Shown: one piece after another, positions 7,183-16,140 of the stretch
Layout: the number at the start of each line of letters is the position of its first letter
How positions within the stretch are numbered: position 1 is the stretch's first letter
Source: a virus
Taxonomy: Duplodnaviria > Caudoviricetes
Virus record (IMG/VR): IMGVR_UViG_3300044448_000138
Coordinates: 1 to 24,266 of that record
Length of the DNA stretch: 24,266 nucleotides
Direction: 5' to 3' (one strand)
The notes under the pieces: generated by a model
Database searches by the model: none
Told to the model about the DNA's origin: nothing
Seen by the model: the letters and a program-made list of their open reading frames with translations, nothing else
Position numbers and translations under genes: made by a program

Positions 7183-8595
7183 ATGGCAACCTTTAGAACA
7201 TACGACCGCCTCCTCTACGCCAAAGTGGAAAGCACGGAGGGTACAACGGTCACTCCCGGAAACGCGGATTACATCGAAACAATCGACCCCACATTTACGA
7301 TCACGAACCGCACCTTTGAGCGAAACGTGACCAGAATGTCTGTCACGCCTGCGCCTGCTCATGTTACTGGCACAGGTCGTGGAGACAGTGACGGCGCACC
7401 TAGTGCTCAGTGTGAGTTTACTTTTGGCGTTGAGCTTACTGGCGCTGGACACGCTTCGAACGTCCCTAACGATGTGCCGTGGGGCAAACTGCTTGATGCT
7501 TGCGGTCTCAAGTTTCTCGACACCCTTTACCGCATCCCTCTCGCAGATCCCGGCATTGCTACGGACTCAGCAAACACCTACTACCCTTGGATGTTGCGAC
7601 ACGCTGAGAACGTCAGCACGGGCACGACAGAATACGCTGGCGGCACAAGGGTCGGGCGACTTGTAGGAGACACCTTCTACAAAGACCCCTATGCCTACGT
7701 CAGCAGGAACGGAGCCAGTCAAGCCGTTGGTGGATCAGACGAGGTCTATGGTCAAGCTACAGACTTCCAGATCAACTCTGGAAACAGCAAGCTCTACCTC
7801 GACCCGAGCGGAGCAGGCGTGGCTGACAGGGCTAAGGCTTGGGCTACAACGAGTGACACAGACCTTGGAGGCGCTGGAAGCACGAACTGCAACAGCCTGA
7901 CCATGCAGATGTACATCGCTGACACTGGTCAGTTCATCAAGATGAAGGGCGCTCGCGGAAACGTAGAGTTCCAGTTTTCTTCTGGCGACCGCTGCATCAT
8001 GCAGTTCACTTTCATCGGTTCTTTGGTCGAGTTCAACGATGGAACGACCGCCCCGACTCCGACAGCGACTGCTCTTGAGGTTGCGCCTTCGGTGGTTGGC
8101 CTTTCCCTCAAGCTGGGAGCATCGAGCTACGCAGATGCGAACGCGGCCTATTACGACGGCACGGTGTTCTCAACATTCAGCTTAAACCTCAACAACGAGG
8201 TTGTGCTGAGAGACTCCTTGAATGATTCAACTGGATACGAAAGCTCCTATATCTCTGGGCGTAATCCTCAGTTGACCTTTAACCCTGACGCTCGTGACCA
8301 GACTACGTCTTACGACTTCTGGAGCAAGCTCCTCAGCGGCGATCAGACTCATATGGAGTGGACTCTCGGAACAGACACTGGTAACTCGTTCCGCTTCAAG
8401 GCTCCTGCTGCTCAGTTCGATCAGATCGGAGACGGCAACAGGGACAACGTGATGACCTTTGACTCAACAGTCACCCTGACTGGTGGAGACATGGGGTCAT
8501 CTGTGCTCGAAGAGCCTGATGACACTTCTACGGCTTCCAACCTCATGAACAAGAGGCTTGGTCGCAACAACGAATTCGTAATGTATTACGAGTGA
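7183..8595 (+). CDS. Major tail tube protein with an internal insertion
   Basis: LYAKVESTEG, FTFGVELTGAG, PWGKLLDACG, SLTMQMY, KMKGARGNVEF, MQFTFIG, FSLNLNNEV, GNSFRFKAPAAQF. It is followed by the chaperones and tape measure gene, and no sheath gene is present. Confidence 0.88.
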   Translation: MATFRTYDRLLYAKVESTEGTTVTPGNADYIETIDPTFTITNRTFERNVTRMSVTPAPAHVTGTGRGDSDGAPSAQCEFTFGVELTGAGHASNVPNDVPWGKLLDACGLKFLDTLYRIPLADPGIATDSANTYYPWMLRHAENVSTGTTEYAGGTRVGRLVGDTFYKDPYAYVSRNGASQAVGGSDEVYGQATDFQINSGNSKLYLDPSGAGVADRAKAWATTSDTDLGGAGSTNCNSLTMQMYIADTGQFIKMKGARGNVEFQFSSGDRCIMQFTFIGSLVEFNDGTTAPTPTATALEVAPSVVGLSLKLGASSYADANAAYYDGTVFSTFSLNLNNEVVLRDSLNDSTGYESSYISGRNPQLTFNPDARDQTTSYDFWSKLLSGDQTHMEWTLGTDTGNSFRFKAPAAQFDQIGDGNRDNVMTFDSTVTLTGGDMGSSVLEEPDDTSTASNLMNKRLGRNNEFVMYYE

Positions 8596-8626
8596 TCTAA
8601 CTTTACCCCGGCAACTGGAGGCAACC

Positions 8627-9019
8627 ATGCCGATTGCACTTGACCCGAAAGCAACCTTCACATACGTCCTCGAAGACGATCGCAGCAGTGAGCCTGATGC
8701 GAGGACTACGTTCACACTCCGGGGCCTGACGGTCGGAGAGGAGGCCCGTGTGGCTGACTCGATGATCTCATCAGTCCCCGGAGAGGATGAACTAAGCTAC
8801 CGCTCTGGAACGCATCAACTGACCGTGCTTCGTTTTGGTCTCCGTGGTTGGACGCAGTTCAACGATGGGGAAGGCAACGAGGTGAGATTCGAGATGACTC
8901 GAAGTCATCCCAAGCACATCACTGACGAATGTCTTGATCGGCTCTCCGCTCAACATCGTCAGGAGTTGACTTCTGCGATTCTTGACCGGGGGGCTGTGTC
9001 TAAAGAGGAGGGGGAGTAA
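8627..9019 (+). CDS. Tail assembly chaperone (gpG equivalent)
   Basis: 130 aa between the tube and tape measure genes, with GGAGG SD. Motifs TTFTLRGLT and LRFGLRGWTQF. It ends in a G-run just before the stop. Confidence 0.8.
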   Translation: MPIALDPKATFTYVLEDDRSSEPDARTTFTLRGLTVGEEARVADSMISSVPGEDELSYRSGTHQLTVLRFGLRGWTQFNDGEGNEVRFEMTRSHPKHITDECLDRLSAQHRQELTSAILDRGAVSKEEGE

Positions 9020-9513
9020 TTAGGGCTGCGGTAGCGCAAGGATACGGCTCTGCTGTGCAGAGCTTATGCGAGCAAGATTTCCCTGACTGCTCGCGCTGCC
9101 GTGGTCCTAGATCTGAAGACCTGCGTAAGTTTTGGGGGTGTGACGCAAAGGCAGATCACCCCGTCTGGGTAAGCGGCTGCGGTACATGTCACGGAAGTGA
9201 CGCGGAGTGCAACGAGTGTCACGGAACAAACAAAGTTCATCAACACAGATGTCCATCCTCAATCATTGAATCGGCCCCAACGCACTTACGCATTCATCTA
9301 GACTTGCTCATGAGATCATTTAGGCATTACACGGAACGCAACGTGATGCCTGTTGTAGGCGGCTGGTTGGATCAAAGCAGATCCTATCTTGCTGCGATCG
9401 ATTTAATTGACGCAGAGAGGTCTCGTTGGGACTCAGTCAGAACAGAGTACGAAGAAAAGAAGCGAGCATCAGAGGCACGCAAAGCTAGAAGTCAAATGCC
9501 GAGGAAACGATAG
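9004..9513 (+). CDS. Tail assembly chaperone C-terminal part (gpT equivalent), Cys-rich, probably expressed as a frameshift fusion
   Basis: The frame is open 9004..9513. The ORF-track start at 9055 is a GTG with only a weak SD candidate. It contains CSRCRG, CGTCHG, CNECHG, HRCP and MPVVGGWLDQ, and lies directly before the tape measure gene. Confidence 0.7.
   Translation, partial: RGGGVIRAAVAQGYGSAVQSLCEQDFPDCSRCRGPRSEDLRKFWGCDAKADHPVWVSGCGTCHGSDAECNECHGTNKVHQHRCPSSIIESAPTHLRIHLDLLMRSFRHYTERNVMPVVGGWLDQSRSYLAAIDLIDAERSRWDSVRTEYEEKKRASEARKARSQMPRKR
9010..9016 (+). other. Putative programmed -1 ribosomal frameshift site G GGG GAG (followed by TAA)
   Basis: The downstream ORF is in the -1 frame and is open only from 9004 (TAA at 9001-9003). 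The G5 run at 9010-9014 lies within the short 9004-9016 overlap. This is the canonical gpG/gpGT position. Confidence 0.65.
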
Positions 9514-12356
9514 TGGCGACAACTGCTGAGACACTAGCCTTTGAGGTGCGCCTCAAGGACTTTATGACCAAGGAGCTTAAGCGACTTGGTGCAAGCACTC
9601 AGAGGCAGACTAGCCTAATGCGGAGAGCGTTCGATCGCGTAAAAACATCTCTTGCAAGAACGAACCAGACAGTGAAGCGTCTTGGTCTTGTTATGAAGGT
9701 GGCTTTTGCTGCTTCAGTTTTCATGGGCATACGCAGCGCGGTTGTGACATTGCGCGAGTTTAGTCGCGCGATGTCTGAAGTAAGAACCATTCTAGATGAG
9801 ACCACTCTGTCGTTTGATTTTGCCAAACAAAAAGTAGTAGACCTAACCTACACCACGACGGCCTCTGGAAAAGAGATTGCTAAAGGTCTCTACCAGACAC
9901 TGTCTGCTGGCGTAACTGACGGCGCTGACGCAATGACAATGCTCACAGGAGCATCAAAACTTTCAGTTGGCGCTTTGATGACAGTCAACGAAGCTGTAGA
10001 CCTTTTGACTAACACCTTCAACGCATACGGAATGACCGTAAGCGAAGAAGCTGTCACCGCAACGGCTGACCTAATGTTTCAGACGGTCAAGCTAGGAAAG
10101 ACTACAGGGCCAGAGCTTGCCCATAGCTTAGGCATGGTGATGCCTGTCGCGTCTAACCTAGGCGTGAGCATTGAAGAGTTAAACGCAATGCTTGCCGCTC
10201 TTACGCTAGGCGGCATGGACACTGCTATGGCTTCGACCCAGCTAAGGCAGGCGATGGTTCAACTCTTGAATCCTTCTGATGACGCTAAGAAGCTGATGAA
10301 GGAGTATAACGTAGAGATCTCAGCGGCTCGTGTGTCGCAAGAAGGTTTCCTGCCCGTGCTTGCAGACCTTAAAGACAAGTTCGGAGACAACGCGATTGCG
10401 ATGCGAACTCTATTTCCGAACATTCGAGCCCTCGTCGGTGTGATGGCTCTTGCTGGTAATCAGTTTGATTCTGTGAACCGCATCATGAGAGACTTTAGCG
10501 GAGCTTCTGGATCAGTCGAACAGGCTGTCGAGAAAATGCGTAACTCTCTCGACCACAAGATGAAGCTGTTGTCTTCTAACTTCTCTAGTTTTTGGTTGGG
10601 CATGACAAAAACTATGAAGGGCGCTGTTGAAGACATGTCCACAGATCAACTAGAGCGACAGGCGAAGGCATCTAAAAAAGCTGGCGAAGAACTTGGCAAA
10701 GCCTTCAGGCCAATCACTACGTCATTCGCTACGTTGATCGGTGTGGTTTTGATTTCAGGTAATCGAATTTTGAAGTTCTTCAATGAGCTAGGAATTGAAG
10801 TCGAAGGTGTTGCTCTTAAGGCGATGAGATCAATGCAAGCGCTAGGCGAGTGGGCGCTTGTTCCTGAGACAACTATGAAGAGGTTGGGAGATCAAATAGA
10901 AGCGACCGAGTCGAGAATCGACGGAATGAGGAAGCAAAACGACCGCTTAGACAAGAGCATGACAACTCTTATCGGTACGACGGGTGAAGCCTACTTAGCC
11001 TTTGCCGACCTAAACAACATTATGGTTGACCCTAATCTTCGAGAGATGATTAACAACCAGAACAACCTAAATGAAACGGCTGAAGCAAATGCTCAATTCA
11101 CACGCGACAGAGCAGAAGCTCAGAGGATGCTTAACGAGGCGCTAAAAAATGCCCCAGACGAAGGTCAACAGACCATAGATTTTGCTCGCCTTCTCATGGC
11201 GGACAGAGCAGCAGATCAAGCGAAGAAGGCTAAAGAAAACAGAAGGAAGGCATTTGAAGAAGAGATCGGCAACTTAATGACGTTGACTGATTTTGAAATT
11301 GCTCAAAGGCAACGAGCACACGACCATGAGATAGCGCTGAACAAAGATCTCAAAAAGATCAAGGCTGAAGACCTTGACAGCTTTAGGGCTATGAAGGAAG
11401 AGGAGTCTCGCCTAGTGCTTCAAGCAAGACAGCTTGAACTTGACACGGCTTTCTTGGCAATGCTCGCCGAGGAAGAGTTTCAAAAGCTGACAGAGAAGGG
11501 ACAGCAGAATCGCATACGTGAGTTCAAGACTCGCATGGAACAACAAATGCAGGCAGCCAAGGCTGGCGAAGAGTTTGCAAACAAGGAGGCGGTCGAACAA
11601 GAAGCCTACTTGATGCGCCTTGAAAAGATTAATCGTAAAGAGCAAGAGCTTGTGCAGTCTCGAATGGACCTAGCAGACTCTTGGGAAGAGTTCGGCATGA
11701 CGAGCGACAACGCTATTGCGTCAGGCATTCAAGGACTTAAGGAGTGGGCTTCTACCATCGGAACGGTTGACCAGAACATTCAACAACTAACAGCCACGGC
11801 TGTTGACGGATTTATCACTGCTTTCCTTGATGGCATTGAAGGAGCTATCGACGGAACAAAGACCTTCAGAGAGGCGTTCCAAGACTTCGGTCGAATGTTC
11901 CTTCGCATGATGGCTCAGATGATTATGCAGCAGATTGTTCTCAACTCCCTGCGGTCAATGTTCCCAACGATGGGCTTCGCTACGGGCGGCGTGGTTCCGG
12001 GGGGCACAGGGTCTCTATATCCGCTCGCAGACGGCGGCGTGGTGAGTGGAGGACTTGGAAGGGCCACGCCTGTCAAAGCCTACGCAAACGGAGGTCCAAT
12101 CGTTGACAGTCCTCACGTTGCGCTTATTGGAGAAGGCAAACACAACGAGGCTGTTGTTCCCCTTCCTGATGGTCGATCAATCCCTGTAGACTTACAAGGG
12201 TCATCTAGCGGGGCCTCAGTTAACATCTCGATCTCAGCCGTTGACGCGGCTGGCGTAGATGACTTGCTTATCCAAAGGCAGTCAACGCTACGCAATATCA
12301 TTCGTCAGGCGATGGAAGAAGACCGCGCCTTCAGGCAAGCGGTCAGGCAGCGGTGA
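9513..12356 (+). CDS. Tail tape measure protein (TP901-like core)
   Basis: 947 aa, helical and Ala-rich. Core motifs FSRAMSEVRT, GLYQTLSAG, LFQ-like LMFQTVKLGKTT and LGVSIEEL. The C-terminus has FATGG/ADGG/YANGG repeats and ALIGEGKHNEAVVPLPDGRSIPV. GTG start overlaps the previous TAG. Confidence 0.95.
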   Translation: MATTAETLAFEVRLKDFMTKELKRLGASTQRQTSLMRRAFDRVKTSLARTNQTVKRLGLVMKVAFAASVFMGIRSAVVTLREFSRAMSEVRTILDETTLSFDFAKQKVVDLTYTTTASGKEIAKGLYQTLSAGVTDGADAMTMLTGASKLSVGALMTVNEAVDLLTNTFNAYGMTVSEEAVTATADLMFQTVKLGKTTGPELAHSLGMVMPVASNLGVSIEELNAMLAALTLGGMDTAMASTQLRQAMVQLLNPSDDAKKLMKEYNVEISAARVSQEGFLPVLADLKDKFGDNAIAMRTLFPNIRALVGVMALAGNQFDSVNRIMRDFSGASGSVEQAVEKMRNSLDHKMKLLSSNFSSFWLGMTKTMKGAVEDMSTDQLERQAKASKKAGEELGKAFRPITTSFATLIGVVLISGNRILKFFNELGIEVEGVALKAMRSMQALGEWALVPETTMKRLGDQIEATESRIDGMRKQNDRLDKSMTTLIGTTGEAYLAFADLNNIMVDPNLREMINNQNNLNETAEANAQFTRDRAEAQRMLNEALKNAPDEGQQTIDFARLLMADRAADQAKKAKENRRKAFEEEIGNLMTLTDFEIAQRQRAHDHEIALNKDLKKIKAEDLDSFRAMKEEESRLVLQARQLELDTAFLAMLAEEEFQKLTEKGQQNRIREFKTRMEQQMQAAKAGEEFANKEAVEQEAYLMRLEKINRKEQELVQSRMDLADSWEEFGMTSDNAIASGIQGLKEWASTIGTVDQNIQQLTATAVDGFITAFLDGIEGAIDGTKTFREAFQDFGRMFLRMMAQMIMQQIVLNSLRSMFPTMGFATGGVVPGGTGSLYPLADGGVVSGGLGRATPVKAYANGGPIVDSPHVALIGEGKHNEAVVPLPDGRSIPVDLQGSSSGASVNISISAVDAAGVDDLLIQRQSTLRNIIRQAMEEDRAFRQAVRQR

Positions 12357-12362
12357 TACCTT

Positions 12363-15038
12363 ATGTCTCAGGTACTCCCGGCAAACGAGACGTTTGAATC
12401 TCCTGACTGGCTAACCTCTACGAGCGGGGCAACGACAAAGTCGTTGTATTGGTACAACTTTTGGCCGGGGTTCTCCCCCGGCACACAGATCGACGCATCG
12501 ACCTACTCTACATATCCGATGAGGACTGGCGGTGTCCTTGGAGGCAAAGGCACTTCTGCACTTCTTAGGCCAGAGCCAAACTCTCTGACATCTATTCCGT
12601 GCCTAATGACGGACACAAACGGAATGGACTCGGTTAACCGAATCCGCTCGGTGCTTTGCCGTGAAGAGGCTTCGTTCAATCACGACGATCAAGACATCAC
12701 GGTCACGTTTGGACTAGAGACAGTCGGTGGTGCGACTCAAGGCTTTGCTATGTCAGGCACGGGCGGCTCGTCTCCCTCTCGTGGTGGTCGCTTTAAGTAT
12801 CCAAGCGCCTCCGCAACTACAGGGTCGGTCTTTACCTCTATGTCTCAGCGAAGCCGTGGCACTTGGAGTTCTGGCGGTGGAATGAACTCAAGAGGTAGCG
12901 ACTCATCGCCGCTTAACCCTTGGCCTGCGTGGGAAGGAAATGCCGTCTATTTTAGGGCTGGCGGCGGTGAGCCTACACCTGTCAACGGTGCGATTGAAGA
13001 CGCAGCGACCTTGTACACCAAGAGGCTGTGGCACTACACCTGCGTGACTCACTACTCGTTCGTGGCGTATCCGATGGGTGGTTCAGCTACAGCGCCAAAT
13101 CTGTATCTTGAGCTTTGGCAGGTTAAGTACACGAACGCAGGCGGGACAAGCGGCAACGTACCTCGAAGGCTTATCCAGCAGATCGTTACGGGCGGCTCAA
13201 CAAAGATCGACTTCCGTCAAGGCTATCACCTAAGAGTTAAGATCGAAAACGATGGAAGCTCCAACCCAGACATCAACTGCTTCATCGGACCCTACACAGA
13301 CCTCAACGGAGATGTGCAAGCAGAGGTTCAATGCTTCAAGACGGACGCTATAGCTGACGGCAACGCATTCACCGTGGGCTCAAGCGTCACGCATACGGCT
13401 GCAAGCGGCAACGTCAAGGACTCCCACTCAGACAAGATCTCGACATTTGCAGATAGGACGATTGGGTTTGCTACGGCTCAAGAAGGACTGTTAGACGTTT
13501 CGTCTAAACTCGGAGCGACTGACCCTGTGTTCTACTTAGCTCATTCGGGCGTTTACTCGATCGAGTCAAAGAGCATTCCGGGATCGGGGTCAGGCACGGT
13601 CAGGTTCAGAGACGAGTTCAAGCGCGTGGTCGAAGGCGCTACACGAACAGGCACTCAATCAATCGTCAATCCTCTCGTCAGCCAGACAAGCGTCGAAGGA
13701 GTTCAGGCAAACGGCCTTTTTACTTTTGACGGCTACGCGCAAGAGTTCCCAACGACCCTAGACACAAGCACCTCGAATCTCGACATGATTCGTCGGCAGC
13801 TTCTGTGGACATCTGGCACATCGTCAACAACGCCGACAGACTTTTGCTTGATTGATTACGACTGGGATGACTCCGCGACCGCAAGGCCGTGGCTAGTTAC
13901 TAGGTCATTCATACACTTGCGACCTTCGACTAACTTCTACAACCATCATCGAAAGATTGAGTTCAAGCCGGGAGCCGAGGCGGGGTTGGCAGGCATCTCG
14001 ACAATCTCTTACGAGATGGGCATTCACCTGCGTGGCAGCTTCAACGGCTTTACGACCAGAGGATTGTGCGCCTACATCAAGTGGACTACGAACGGCAACG
14101 GCACGATCACCTACGGCTCTGTGTCTATCGTCTATCGCAACCACATCTATAGCGACCAGAACCCAGAGAACACAGAGAACTTTGACTACCAGAGGCTGAT
14201 CGCTCGACGCATATATGCGAGCGGAACATCTAGCGGCTTCCCGAACCTCTACGATGGCAACTTTCACTCTCTTGCATTCGAGGTTCAAAACTATGCTGGG
14301 TCTCCGTCTCCTGAAGGCATAGGAGAGTATCGCATTAAGCTGAATGGATCGGCCTTAGAACTGACCGACTCAACTGCCCCATATCAAAGCAGTACGGTCT
14401 CTCCGTACACCGTGATTGAGCCCGACCCTCAATCGACCTTCGGGAACTCTGAAGGGTTCTGGTTCCTTGGGTCGATCTCCGAGGTTCAAGCCGCTGGCAG
14501 GGCGTGGAGCCCGACCGCTGTTCGAAACTGGACAGAGGAGTCGATGACCGCTGACCCCGGTGGCGTGACAAGCGCAGACGATCTTGCGTCCATCTCCGTG
14601 ACAGGAGAGGGCACGCCTAGTGGATCCCTCAACACTAGCAGCGGCGCTCTGGCAATATCAGGCGCAGGCGTGTGGGACGTTGAGACAACGGTGACAGTCG
14701 AGAACTTTATGAGCGGTCGATATATCCCGTTCGACTCAGGTCACAAGTACACCTCGCCCATGTACAGTAAGAACCGACGAAGGTGGCAGGTGCAGGTCAA
14801 GTCTATGGATCTTGCCATCTATCAATCGCTTCTTAGCTTTTACAACACGCATGATGGCATGGAGATACCGTTCACTTTTACGGTTCCAATCGAAGACGAT
14901 GGCACAGAGACAGGGTCAACGGCTGAATCGACTGAGTCGGTCTATGCGTGGTTTGGCGAGGACTCACTTAAAGTTCAAGAGCTACCCGGACAAGTCTACA
15001 ACGCCAGCTTTAGCGTAGAGGAGCTACTTGTTTCATGA
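12363..15038 (+). CDS. Large distal-tail protein: about 760 aa of beta-rich (lectin-like) modules fused to a C-terminal gpM/Dit domain
   Basis: It occupies the gpM position between the tape measure and gpL genes. The C-terminal ~120 aa (FDSGHKY...RRRWQVQV...YQSLLSFYNTHDG..IPFTFTVP...WFGEDSL...YNASFSVEELL) are gpM-like. The N-terminal part is rich in Ser, Thr, Gly and aromatic residues. Confidence 0.72.
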   Translation: MSQVLPANETFESPDWLTSTSGATTKSLYWYNFWPGFSPGTQIDASTYSTYPMRTGGVLGGKGTSALLRPEPNSLTSIPCLMTDTNGMDSVNRIRSVLCREEASFNHDDQDITVTFGLETVGGATQGFAMSGTGGSSPSRGGRFKYPSASATTGSVFTSMSQRSRGTWSSGGGMNSRGSDSSPLNPWPAWEGNAVYFRAGGGEPTPVNGAIEDAATLYTKRLWHYTCVTHYSFVAYPMGGSATAPNLYLELWQVKYTNAGGTSGNVPRRLIQQIVTGGSTKIDFRQGYHLRVKIENDGSSNPDINCFIGPYTDLNGDVQAEVQCFKTDAIADGNAFTVGSSVTHTAASGNVKDSHSDKISTFADRTIGFATAQEGLLDVSSKLGATDPVFYLAHSGVYSIESKSIPGSGSGTVRFRDEFKRVVEGATRTGTQSIVNPLVSQTSVEGVQANGLFTFDGYAQEFPTTLDTSTSNLDMIRRQLLWTSGTSSTTPTDFCLIDYDWDDSATARPWLVTRSFIHLRPSTNFYNHHRKIEFKPGAEAGLAGISTISYEMGIHLRGSFNGFTTRGLCAYIKWTTNGNGTITYGSVSIVYRNHIYSDQNPENTENFDYQRLIARRIYASGTSSGFPNLYDGNFHSLAFEVQNYAGSPSPEGIGEYRIKLNGSALELTDSTAPYQSSTVSPYTVIEPDPQSTFGNSEGFWFLGSISEVQAAGRAWSPTAVRNWTEESMTADPGGVTSADDLASISVTGEGTPSGSLNTSSGALAISGAGVWDVETTVTVENFMSGRYIPFDSGHKYTSPMYSKNRRRWQVQVKSMDLAIYQSLLSFYNTHDGMEIPFTFTVPIEDDGTETGSTAESTESVYAWFGEDSLKVQELPGQVYNASFSVEELLVS

Positions 15039-15727
15039 GCCCTCATCCCAACGTCCCCTCTATTGCATTCCTTGAGAAGAACCTGCTCGCGACTGGTGAG
15101 AGGTTTGTGTGGCTCTACGAGGTTGAAGTTCCGACCAGCACACCGACGCGATACCGATTCGTGAGAGACAACGAAGCCGTGACGTTCAGAGGCAACGTCT
15201 ACTCTCCTTTTCCGATTACGCACAACGAGACCAAGGCTGACGATCGAGGCAACTTGCCTACCGTAGAGCTAACCGTGTCCAACGTATCACGCGAGTTGAT
15301 GTCAAACCTCAACACCTATGGAGGTCTTGTCGGCCAACCTGTTCGATTGATACTGACTCACGCTCTTGCGATCGTGACAGGCGAGGACATCTGGCAGCAC
15401 GACTACAAGATTATTAAAACCACGGCAAACGAGACGGCTGTGACTGCGACCCTTGGAGATTTGAACCTATACGAAGCGAAGATCCCTGCTCAAAGGATGA
15501 TGCGATTCTACTGTCGCCACCAGTACATGGACGCCTTCTGCGGTTACGCGGTGGATTCGTCACACGCAAACTTCTTGCCCACTTGCGACAAGACGCTTGA
15601 GGGTGCGAACGGATGCAAGTCTCACGGAATCAGCGAGGCCGCAGCAGGTCTGCCGTCGATACACCCGGAAAGGTTCGGAGGTTTTCCGGGCATACCTGAG
15701 CAGACCACGGGGGGCACTCGACTATGA
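15035..15727 (+). CDS. Tail tip hub protein (lambda gpL-like) with a C-terminal four-Cys Fe-S motif
   Basis: VTFRGNVYSPFPI, LPTVELTVSNVSR, IPAQRM..FYCRHQY...CGY...TCDKTLEGANGC...RFGGFPGI. Confidence 0.92.
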   Translation: MSPHPNVPSIAFLEKNLLATGERFVWLYEVEVPTSTPTRYRFVRDNEAVTFRGNVYSPFPITHNETKADDRGNLPTVELTVSNVSRELMSNLNTYGGLVGQPVRLILTHALAIVTGEDIWQHDYKIIKTTANETAVTATLGDLNLYEAKIPAQRMMRFYCRHQYMDAFCGYAVDSSHANFLPTCDKTLEGANGCKSHGISEAAAGLPSIHPERFGGFPGIPEQTTGGTRL

Positions 15728-16140
15728 CTTTAGAGTGGCATGACCTTCTCGGCATACCTTTCAAGTTGCACGGAAACGACAGCGAAGGCATGGACTGCTC
15801 GACTGTTGCTGAAACAGTCTTGAAGCGCTTAGGCAAAAACGCACCGCCAACAAGTCCATACAGATCCGTTGCTCACTCGGGCGCAGAGATGGGCTCTTAC
15901 TTTACGCAGATGGGTGACGCTTACAGCCTTGTTGGAGTAGACACTCGGACTGCGACAGAGCTTGGCGATGTTGTGTTGGCTAGAAACCCGGAAGGAATGC
16001 CGACGATGATGTTTGTGTTGGTTGACGTGTCCTCTGGTACTTTTCTTACAGCGGAACACCAAGGCGGCGTGAGGGCTACAAGAAGATACAAGATCGAGTC
16101 GCCCGTTGCTGTGTATAGACTGAAGGAGGTAGAGCAGTGA
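15724..16140 (+). CDS. NlpC/P60-domain tail tip protein (gpK C-terminal-like), possibly inactive
   Basis: DLLGIPFKLHG...GMDCSTV and GDVVL. It lies between gpL and gpI/J. There is no JAB domain, and the expected catalytic His is not evident. Confidence 0.85.
   Translation: MTLEWHDLLGIPFKLHGNDSEGMDCSTVAETVLKRLGKNAPPTSPYRSVAHSGAEMGSYFTQMGDAYSLVGVDTRTATELGDVVLARNPEGMPTMMFVLVDVSSGTFLTAEHQGGVRATRRYKIESPVAVYRLKEVEQ

Noticed and set aside
11975-12095. Triple FATGG / LADGG / YANGG repeat near the end of the tape measure protein
   Set aside because: This is a common C-terminal motif of tape measure proteins, so it is not unusual on its own.
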